Of a stretch of DNA of 26,491 bases, positions 19,054 through 26,491 are shown piece after piece. The notes under the pieces are model-generated. The model did not search any database, was not told the DNA's origin, and saw only the letters and a list, made by a program, of their open reading frames with translations. This stretch comes from Verrucomicrobiota bacterium (GTDB lineage: Bacteria > Verrucomicrobiota > Verrucomicrobiia > Limisphaerales > CANJSG01): assembly GCA_038209745.1 (NCBI GenBank), contig JBBQXJ010000065.1:1-26491 (forward strand), in the 5' to 3' direction. The first letter of the stretch is position 1; the number at the start of each line of letters is the position of its first letter. Made by a program: the position numbers and the translations under genes.

Positions 19054-20751
19054 TTACCGGGCGTAGGGCGTTTCAGACTGTTTGTCCATGACCATGCCGG
19101 AGTAGCCGGCAACTCCCATTTCGGGCACGTCGAGCCCTTCGATCTCCACTTCTAGGGAGACGCGGTTTCCGACCAGCTTCTCCGCGATGAAGTAGACGAT
19201 CATCGAAAGGATCGAGAGCGTGACGAAGCAGGCCGTGACGCCGATGCATTGGGCCCAGAACTGGTTCAGGCCGCCGCCGTAGAAAAGGCCTTTCACGGTT
19301 CCGGCCACCCCATTGTAGCCGTCGCCGTAGGTGCCGTCGGCGAAGAGGCCGACGGCGAGGCATCCCCAGGCACCGTTGACGCCATGCACCGCGATGGCGC
19401 CGACCGCGTCGTCGATGCGCCTCTTGTCGAAGAAGAAGACGGCCTCGACGACCAGGATGCCGGAGATGATTCCGATCCACGCGGCCCCGCCGGCACTGAC
19501 GAACGCGCAGGGCGCGGTGATGGCCACGAGTCCGGCCAACATGCCGTTGCACATCATGGAGGGATCCGGTTTCTTGGTCTTGAACCACCACATGTACACC
19601 GTGGTGGTGAGCGCCGCCGTGGCGGACGCAAGCATGGTGTTGACCGCGACGACCGCGATGCGGAGATCGGTTCCGGCGAGCGTCGAACCCGGGTTGAAGC
19701 CGAACCAGCCGAAGGCGAGGATGAACGTCCCGAGCATCACCATGGGGATGTTGTGGGGCATGATCGGGTTGACGAGTTTGCCGGCCTTGTCGTATTTGCC
19801 GTGGCGGGGTCCGATGAGCCAGCAGAAGATCAGGGCGATCACGCCCCCCTGCATGTGGACGACGGACGAGCCGGCGAAATCGACGTGGCCGTGGCCGAGG
19901 CCGAAGTTCGTGCCCAATTGCGAGAGCCAGCCGCCGCCCCAGACCCAGTTGCCAAAGATGGGATACATCACCGTTCCGATCAGGCAGCCGTAGATCATGA
20001 ACGCCGAGAACTTCCACCGTTCCGCGGCACCGCCGGTCGGAATCGTCGCCGTGGTGTCCATGAACACCATCTGGAAGAGGAACAGCGCGAAGGCAGCGGT
20101 GTCATATCCAGCGCCTTGCAGGAAGAATCCTTTCCATCCGATGAGGCCCCAATCGTGTCCGAACAGGTTCACCGTGATCTCATGGTTCAAGCCGGCGTAG
20201 CCGCCCAAGGTTCCCATCGCGCCCAGGCCGCCGAACATGAAGGCGAACCCGCAGACGTAGAATCCAAGCATGCCCAACGGATAGATCATGAAGTTCATCG
20301 CCATCGTGTGGCTGGCGTTCTTCGCGCGGCAGAGGCCCGTCTCCACCATGGCGAAACCGGCCTGCATGAACATCACGAGAAAACCCGTGACCAGGGTCCA
20401 CATGAAGTTGATGGCGACCCGGTTGTGGCCGACGCTGTCGGCGAGTTTGACCGCGAGCGGTTCGATCTTGGACTGGGCCGCGTAGTCTTCGGCCGCTTTC
20501 TTGGCGTCCATGTAGGCGGCCACCTTGTTGGTGTCATTCTTGTCGTCGGCGCCCAGTTCGGCGGGAGTGGCGGGTACGAAGCCGGGCACGTCGGAGATGG
20601 TGCCCGTGGCGGATCCATTCGGGTCCGCTTTGGGCGCGGCGTCATCGGCCCGGAGGGACGGGCCCGCGACAAAGAGTCCGACGGTGGCAACGAGTATCCA
20701 GAGAAGCTTTTTCATGCGCTGGGTTCGGGGTGTTGAGATTGGTGGGTTCAT
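19054..20751 (-). CDS. amt: Ammonium transporter (Amt1-like) with long N-terminal extracytoplasmic extension
   Basis: Motifs FMQAGFAMVETG, FQMVF, AER, DFAGSSVVH, WFGFN, IDDAVGAIAVHG and GLD. Start is ATG 20751 or ATG 20715 (MKKLLW signal peptide). Confidence 0.95.
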   Translation of the reverse strand: MNPPISTPRTQRMKKLLWILVATVGLFVAGPSLRADDAAPKADPNGSATGTISDVPGFVPATPAELGADDKNDTNKVAAYMDAKKAAEDYAAQSKIEPLAVKLADSVGHNRVAINFMWTLVTGFLVMFMQAGFAMVETGLCRAKNASHTMAMNFMIYPLGMLGFYVCGFAFMFGGLGAMGTLGGYAGLNHEITVNLFGHDWGLIGWKGFFLQGAGYDTAAFALFLFQMVFMDTTATIPTGGAAERWKFSAFMIYGCLIGTVMYPIFGNWVWGGGWLSQLGTNFGLGHGHVDFAGSSVVHMQGGVIALIFCWLIGPRHGKYDKAGKLVNPIMPHNIPMVMLGTFILAFGWFGFNPGSTLAGTDLRIAVVAVNTMLASATAALTTTVYMWWFKTKKPDPSMMCNGMLAGLVAITAPCAFVSAGGAAWIGIISGILVVEAVFFFDKRRIDDAVGAIAVHGVNGAWGCLAVGLFADGTYGDGYNGVAGTVKGLFYGGGLNQFWAQCIGVTACFVTLSILSMIVYFIAEKLVGNRVSLEVEIEGLDVPEMGVAGYSGMVMDKQSETPYAR

Positions 20752-20766
20752 GTTTCTTTTTCGGGG

Positions 20767-21144
<378 letters not shown>

Positions 21145-21229
21145 TCATGCAGGGGTAAAACCGGACCGCACGGCCCTGCTTGTCCCGACCTGGTTGGATG
21201 GATTGTCCCGCATTGGGCGACTAGGCCTC

Positions 21230-21246
21230 AGCACGGAGGGGGCCAA
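21230..21246 (-). promoter_or_regulatory. Putative sigma54 -24/-12 promoter for the P-II/amt operon
   Basis: TTGGCCCCCTCCGTGCT has exact GG-N10-GC spacing, about 125 nt upstream of the P-II start. An AT-rich region and an inverted repeat lie further upstream. Confidence 0.6.
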
Positions 21247-21343
21247 CCCGTCAACCTCAATGGAAATGGGCCTTTCGCTGCTAAGACACGGTTTTCGAGG
21301 CAGCCGAACCGGTACGGTGGCGAGTTTTGCGAGGCAGACTTTG

Positions 21344-21363
21344 GCAGCTTGTTTTCAGGCTGC
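21344..21363. promoter_or_regulatory. Inverted repeat, candidate enhancer-binding-protein site
   Basis: GCAGCTTG-TTTT-CAGGCTGC, about 100 bp upstream of the putative -24 element. Confidence 0.35.
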
Positions 21364-21590
21364 TCAAAAAATTACAAATCCGTGTGAAAGCACATAGAAA
21401 CTGTGTTTCGTATTAATTGAGAAATAGGATCGCGAGATAGGATGGAACTGGAATCAAACGGGCCCCGTGAAGTTGGCATTTGGAGCGGAGCGAGAACGCG
21501 AACGAGCGGTTTCGGCCGAGTGCCGGGACGGCCGGACCCGGGAACGGGCCGAACCTCGATGTCAGATCGAAGCCGGTCCAGGAGGCGTCG

Positions 21591-22253
21591 TCACGACAGG
21601 TCGTGGATCCATTGGATGGCGTGCCGGACCAGTTCCGTGGCGTTGGCAAAGCCGAGTTTCTCTTTGATCCGCGCGCGGTAGGATTCCACGGTCTTTACTC
21701 CGATCCCCAGTTCTTCGGCGATCTGTCGCGAAGACCTGCCATGCCCGATACGTTCAAAGACGGCCAGTTCGCGGTCGGCGAGCGTTTCCAACGGGGACTG
21801 GCCCGGCGCGCCGCGGTGGCGGGTCCGATTCAGAAGCCGCGCGGTCGCGTCTTCGCTCAGGTAGACCTGTCCTGAGAGGATCTTGCGGATGGCGACGATC
21901 ACTCGCGTGGTGAGTTCCTGCTTGTTGATGTAGCCGCTGGCGCCGGCCCGGATGACGCGTTCGGCATAGAGCGATTCATCATGCATCGACAGGACAAGGA
22001 TGGGCAGTCCGGGTTGGAGAATCTGGAGATCCCGGATCAACTCGATACCGTTGGACTGCTTAAGGGTGATGTCCACGACGACGAGGCTGGCGTCGGCGGC
22101 GGCCAGCCGCTCCAAGGCTTCCGGTCGGCTGGACGCTTCGCCGCAGACGATCAGGTCCGGCTCGCTCCCGATCAGATGGCCAAGCCATTCGCGAACCATC
22201 GGATGGTCGTCCACCAGAAAGATCCGGTGCTCATTCGCTGATGCATTCGGCAT
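21591..22253 (-). CDS. NarL/LuxR-family response regulator
   Basis: REC domain (LVDDH, VVD, LSM, INK) plus LuxR HTH (LADRELAVF...IAEELGIGVKTVESYR). Overlaps the kinase by 23 nt. Confidence 0.95.
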   Translation of the reverse strand: MPNASANEHRIFLVDDHPMVREWLGHLIGSEPDLIVCGEASSRPEALERLAAADASLVVVDITLKQSNGIELIRDLQILQPGLPILVLSMHDESLYAERVIRAGASGYINKQELTTRVIVAIRKILSGQVYLSEDATARLLNRTRHRGAPGQSPLETLADRELAVFERIGHGRSSRQIAEELGIGVKTVESYRARIKEKLGFANATELVRHAIQWIHDLS

Positions 22254-23766
22254 ATTCGTCTGCTCGGATATCGTCCAGCGGGACTTTGCAGATGACGCTC
22301 GTCCCGCCGGGGTGGGTTGGTTTGATCGTCAGTTCGGCGCCGACTATCCGCGCGCGGTAGCGCATGATGTCGAGGCCCATCCCTCCCTTTCGGTCGGATT
22401 CATCCAGAAAGGGGCGCCCGTCGTTCAGGATTTGTAGGATCAGGAAGTTTTCGTCGCAGCGGAGCGTGAGCGCGACGTGGCTTGGTTCTCCATGTTTGAT
22501 CGCGTTGTTCAGGGCTTCCTGGGCTATTCTGAAAAGGTGGGATCCAAGGGAGTGGCCGGGCTCGGCTCCGAAATCATCCGAGTCGAAAGTGCACGGAAAC
22601 CCGGTGGATCGGGCGGCGTGGGCGACCAGTTCGGCCAGGGCCGCTGCCAGGCCCTCTTCCTCCAGCTTCACCGGGAACAGCCCTCGGGCAAGGTTTCTGG
22701 ATTCGGTGAGAGCGGATTGGAGGAGGCTGGCGACGACCGCCGCGTCGGCTGCTTCCGGGAGGCCCTTGACGGAAAGGCGCTGTTGCAACATCGAAGCGGC
22801 GATGCTTGTCCCGACCAGGTGCTGGCCGAGCCCGTCGTGAAGATCTTGTCCGATTCGTCGACGTTCGCGTTCCGTGGCATCGGCCAAGAGCAGATCCACT
22901 TGTCGCCGTGACGTGATATCGCTGATAACATAGATAATCCCGTCTGGCGAAGCCGGTTCGTCGATCATGGGGCATCCGGTGACCCCGAGCCACCGGGTAG
23001 CGGGCGGTTCGCCGCTGTTGATGCGGAACTCCAAACTGCCGGCGAAATTGGCTTCGAGGATTGCGTCGTTCATCGATCGGGTGTCGACGTCGAAGCGTTC
23101 CAGAATTTTGTCGAGCCGGAGCAAGGGTCGGTCCTGCCAATCAACCGAAGCGGAGGTTTCGGCGGGGAAGTCGAGAAGGAGCGCCGCCGCCGGATTGAAG
23201 AGTCGGATAAACCCGGTGGCGTCCGTGACAACGACGCCGTCGCGCATGCTGGTGAGGATCGATAGAAGCGTCGCCGTTTGCCGACGGAGGGCCTTGCCGG
23301 ATTCTGTAAGCTCGGCGGCGCGGTTTTCGGCGGCGGCGCTCCGCTCGGCCACGCGGGTTTCGAGGGATTCGTTCAGTGCTGCCAACCGGGCTTCGGTGGT
23401 GCGGCGGACCACGATTTCAGACCGCAGGCGCTTGTTCCTCTCGGCCACGGCCCCGGTGGCGCCTGCCGCGAACATGGTGACTGAAAACTGAAGGATCGCG
23501 TTGGTGTAGGGCGCGGCCGGATGGAGGTGTGCGTTATCCCAGTCCAGCTCATTGACTCCCCAGAACACGGTGGAAACGATCCCGATTGCGATTCCTGCCA
23601 CCGATCCGGCACGCCATGCGACGAAAGTGGTTGGAACGAGGTAGCAGAGTGCGAGAGAGAGGTCGGGGCCCGTCCACCGGTCACAGACCGCTACGACCCC
23701 GATCAGAACAGTTCCCAGCAGGCATGTCGGCCAGTATCTGCGGCTGGATGGTTCCGGATCGGTCAT
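22231..23766 (-). CDS. Membrane sensor histidine kinase (TM bundle + PAS + HisKA_3 + HATPase)
   Basis: About four N-terminal TM segments, PAS start SMRDGVVVTD, H-box ERRRIGQDLHDGLGQ, QEALNNAIKHG, GMGL. Confidence 0.93.
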   Translation of the reverse strand: MTDPEPSSRRYWPTCLLGTVLIGVVAVCDRWTGPDLSLALCYLVPTTFVAWRAGSVAGIAIGIVSTVFWGVNELDWDNAHLHPAAPYTNAILQFSVTMFAAGATGAVAERNKRLRSEIVVRRTTEARLAALNESLETRVAERSAAAENRAAELTESGKALRRQTATLLSILTSMRDGVVVTDATGFIRLFNPAAALLLDFPAETSASVDWQDRPLLRLDKILERFDVDTRSMNDAILEANFAGSLEFRINSGEPPATRWLGVTGCPMIDEPASPDGIIYVISDITSRRQVDLLLADATERERRRIGQDLHDGLGQHLVGTSIAASMLQQRLSVKGLPEAADAAVVASLLQSALTESRNLARGLFPVKLEEEGLAAALAELVAHAARSTGFPCTFDSDDFGAEPGHSLGSHLFRIAQEALNNAIKHGEPSHVALTLRCDENFLILQILNDGRPFLDESDRKGGMGLDIMRYRARIVGAELTIKPTHPGGTSVICKVPLDDIRADEYAECISE

Positions 23767-24307
23767 TTAATTCCCGTGGAAAACTAGATCCGTTGGGCTG
23801 GGTGAAAAGAACAATGTCCCCGGCGCTTCTTGGATCAGGCCCGTTGGTGCCGGCGATCGGACTCAAGCTCCGGGCAGGGAGGAACGAGATGGGAATGGCC
23901 GGTGGCGTGGCCTTCCAGTCGATGGTCGCCTTTTTTAGGATTCTTCTGAGGTGTTCCGAATTGAACCCGGTTCCTGTTATCTTGAGAATGAGAGCTTGGA
24001 CCCGTTTGACGGTCCAGCGTGTCGCGGTGAATCCATGGGCAACCGGACTCAAACGGACGGCTTCGCGGATTCGCTCCAAGTCCTCTTGGACTATCTTCGG
24101 CTTGCGCCCAGCCCGGCCGGCTTTCGCCAGTCCGGCGTCGCCGTTTCGAAGCCATGCTTGGTGCCATCGCCTTACCGAGGCGAAACTCACGTCCAGCTGT
24201 CGCGAGACGTCTGCTTTAGAAAATCCTTGCGCGAAGTATTGCGCCGCGATCAAACGGCGCTGTTCGAGTTGGAGGAAGTCCCTTTTTGGCGTTGCTGTTT
24301 TGGTCAT
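23681..24307 (-). CDS. IS630-transposase-like N-terminal HTH protein lacking the DDE domain
   Basis: RDFLQLEQRR...VSRQLDVSFASVRRW...GRKPK...PVAHGF...WT...LRRIL matches the IS630 DNA-binding half. A Pro-rich tail follows instead of a catalytic domain. Confidence 0.75.
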   Translation of the reverse strand: MTKTATPKRDFLQLEQRRLIAAQYFAQGFSKADVSRQLDVSFASVRRWHQAWLRNGDAGLAKAGRAGRKPKIVQEDLERIREAVRLSPVAHGFTATRWTVKRVQALILKITGTGFNSEHLRRILKKATIDWKATPPAIPISFLPARSLSPIAGTNGPDPRSAGDIVLFTQPNGSSFPRELNDRSGTIQPQILADMPAGNCSDRGRSGL

Positions 24308-24384
24308 GATGGGTTCGGCAATCCAATGCCTTGTTTATTAAATTATCCGAGGGCGCAATTTCGGCAATTCAGGTGAACCCCATT

Positions 24385-24411
24385 TGGATGTAGGTGGAAC
24401 ACCTACATCCA
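24385..24411. promoter_or_regulatory. Perfect 12-bp inverted repeat, candidate operator
   Basis: TGGATGTAGGTG-GAA-CACCTACATCCA, about 80 bp upstream of the HTH/HK/RR genes. Confidence 0.55.
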
Positions 24412-24506
24412 CTTTGCGACGGCCTTCGCGCATTCGCCCCTCTGTAAAAGAAAACGGCGGTCCGATAACTCGAACCGCCACATGATGTTGTTCTGAGCCG
24501 ATGGGA

Positions 24507-24809
24507 CTATTTTCCACCGACCGGCGTGAAGTTCGGGTCGGCTTCGTTGCCGTGCTCGCCGATGTCCAATCCTTCGATTTCCTCTTCCTTCGCCACGCGG
24601 ACGCCCATGAGCTGCTCCAAAGTCTGGGCATTGCGGCCGAAACCGGTGGCGAGCGCCTTCTCGGCGTCGGCGTCGGCGCTGGCGCCGTCACCGAACTGCG
24701 CCTTGCCATGGTAGAAGAGTCCGAGAGCGAGGGTGCCCCGGACGCCGTTGACCAAGCGGACGAAGGGCGCGCCGACGGAATCGTCGATGCGGATCTTGTC
24801 GAAGCCGAT
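24507..24809 (-). pseudogene. Decayed 3' fragment of a third ammonium transporter gene
   Basis: Reads IGFDKIRIDDSVGAPFVRLVNGVRGTLALGLFY...MGVRVAKEEEIEGLDIGEHGNEA. This aligns by eye with FDKRRIDDAVGAIAVHGVNGAWG and RVSLEVEIEGLD of the Amt in this window. The pore His is Arg and the last TM helix is missing. Confidence 0.85.
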
Positions 24810-24896
24810 CCCGCCCGGTCCTCCCGGCGGTCTTCCGAGATTCGGAGGCCCGCCTCCGGCACACCCGTTGCCGTTCCGGCTGCCGGTTGTGCCGCC

Positions 24897-26318
24897 TCAG
24901 TCTACAAGGTCCGTCCACGGCGGCAGCCAGAGCAGGAAGGTGGCGCCTTCGCCTTGGACGCTGCGGCATTCCACCGAGCCGTCCATGGCTTCGGCCAACC
25001 GTTTCACGATGGAGAGGCCGAGTCCGTTGGAAGATTCGCCGCCCGTGGGACGCGCGCTCAGGCGGGTGAACTTCTGGAAGAGCTTCTTCTGATCCGCTTC
25101 GTTCAGGCCCGGGCCGTCGTCCTGCACCCCGACGAAGACCCTGCCTTTTTCGATGCCGGCCTTGATCTCCACCCGGCTTTCCTTGGGCGAATACTTCACG
25201 GCGTTGGAGATCAAATTATCGAGGATCTGGAGCGTGGCCGCGCGGTCGGTTTTCGCGGGGAGGCTTTCGATCGGTTCGACGGCGAGGACGATGTTTTTGC
25301 GGGTGGCGTTGGAACGATTGTTGTCCGCGCTCAGGAAAATCAGCTGGGCGAGATCGCAGCGTTCCAGCTTCGAGGTGAACCGGCCTTCTTCGATGGCGTT
25401 TGCGTCGAGGAGATTGGAGATCAGGTCGCTCATCTGGCGACCGGCGGACTGGATGCTGCCCGCGACCTTCAAGACGTCCTTTTCGGTCGAGATAATTTCA
25501 AGGAACTCCGCGTAGCCTATGACCGTCGACAGCGGATTCTTGAGGTCGTGGGCGGCGATGCCGAGGAACTCGTTCTTCTCGTTGTTCAACGCGACGAGCT
25601 TGTCGTTGTTGGTCGCCAGTTTGGCCAGGGCCGCTTCCATTTTGTTGAACGCCTGGACGCGGCCGTTCTCGAAGAACAATCCAAGGACGAACATGAAGGC
25701 GATGAGCGCGAGGTAGCCCGCAGCCGTCACCACCGGATGCCATTCGTGCGGGTAGGTCGTCGGCAGATCGACCCCGGTCAGGCCCAGCGCCACCACCACG
25801 CCGGCGGCGCCGAAACAAACCGTCACCCAGAATCGGGCCGGCCCACGTCCCAGGAGCAAGAGGGCGCAGAGCGGCACGCTGGCCAGCCACGCGACGGCGT
25901 GCCCATACATTCCACCCTCGACCAGGCACATGGCGGTGAAACCAAGTGCCATGATCGAGGAAAGCATCTGGCCGCCGAAATGGACCGTTCGTCCGTTTCG
26001 GACCAGAAAGGGAGTCGCTAGGAACGCGAGGCTGCTGAGCACGACGATGCCGGTGCCCCAATAGTGCCCGATGAACAGGTAGAACGCGGCGAACAGCAGT
26101 CCCGAAATGAAGCCTAGAAACCCGAACCGGATGACCAAACGGCCGCGCCGGGTCAGTTCCGGATCGTCCGCGCATTCGGCGGGCAGGAAACGGTCGGCCA
26201 AAGCGCCGGTCTGTGCCGCCAGCGCCTCCGTCCACGGGCTTTTCAGCACGATGTCGGCGGAGTTCGCGGCCCGTGCTTCGGTCACCGCAACGACGGAGCT
26301 TTGTGACGACACGGACAT
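24897..26318 (-). CDS. Orphan multi-TM sensor histidine kinase (HisKA + HATPase)
   Basis: About six TM segments; H-box AAHDLKNPL, N-box NLISNAVKYS, DDGPG, GLGL. AAGGA directly upstream of the ATG. Confidence 0.93.
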   Translation of the reverse strand: MSVSSQSSVVAVTEARAANSADIVLKSPWTEALAAQTGALADRFLPAECADDPELTRRGRLVIRFGFLGFISGLLFAAFYLFIGHYWGTGIVVLSSLAFLATPFLVRNGRTVHFGGQMLSSIMALGFTAMCLVEGGMYGHAVAWLASVPLCALLLLGRGPARFWVTVCFGAAGVVVALGLTGVDLPTTYPHEWHPVVTAAGYLALIAFMFVLGLFFENGRVQAFNKMEAALAKLATNNDKLVALNNEKNEFLGIAAHDLKNPLSTVIGYAEFLEIISTEKDVLKVAGSIQSAGRQMSDLISNLLDANAIEEGRFTSKLERCDLAQLIFLSADNNRSNATRKNIVLAVEPIESLPAKTDRAATLQILDNLISNAVKYSPKESRVEIKAGIEKGRVFVGVQDDGPGLNEADQKKLFQKFTRLSARPTGGESSNGLGLSIVKRLAEAMDGSVECRSVQGEGATFLLWLPPWTDLVD

Positions 26319-26491
26319 TCCTTGGGGATTTCGACGCGTTCCGGCGTCGGCTTAAGGGGACTTCCAAAAACCGACCTTTTTGGAAGCGGGGCGTTGAAAA
26401 TGGAAATGGGAAAGCAAAGGGGAAGACCCGGGGTGGCCCGATGGAAGGGAGCGGCTGGATCTGCGAAGGACGGAAGGGGGTCGCGAGGTGT

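Noticed and set aside
24317..24333. Sigma54-like AGGCATTGGATTGC upstream of the HTH gene
   Set aside because: Spacing is GG-N9-GC, not the strict N10, and it is too close to the start codon.

Overview
GC-rich bacterial chromosomal window. The protein types (a BspA-type LRR protein with an ...FYRL C-terminus, an extended ECF sigma factor) suggest Verrucomicrobiota; this is inference. From left to right: the 3' end of an IS5-family element sitting in a sialidase-like gene; a SufE-TatD fusion; an atypical aldehyde dehydrogenase; a decayed DUF1593-like gene; a divergent LRR protein/ECF sigma pair; gcvP; a candidate compact 6S-like RNA; a Ser/Thr kinase + C-N hydrolase pair; HU; panE; a 4-gene Mce/Mla-type ABC operon. 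Then a nitrogen locus (sigma54-type promoter, P-II, Amt, unknown 109-aa membrane protein, second Amt), preceded on the same strand by a NarL-type two-component pair, an IS630-derived HTH gene, a perfect palindrome, a decayed third amt and an orphan histidine kinase. Four of the best observations are not correctly captured by the ORF track: the IS5 end with its CTAG target, the DUF1593 pseudogene, the 6S-like RNA and the amt relic. No clearly new multi-gene system is proven. The best candidates are the P-II/Amt/X/Amt module, the SufE-TatD fusion and the possibly domesticated IS630 HTH. All family assignments come from motif recognition by eye, not database searches.
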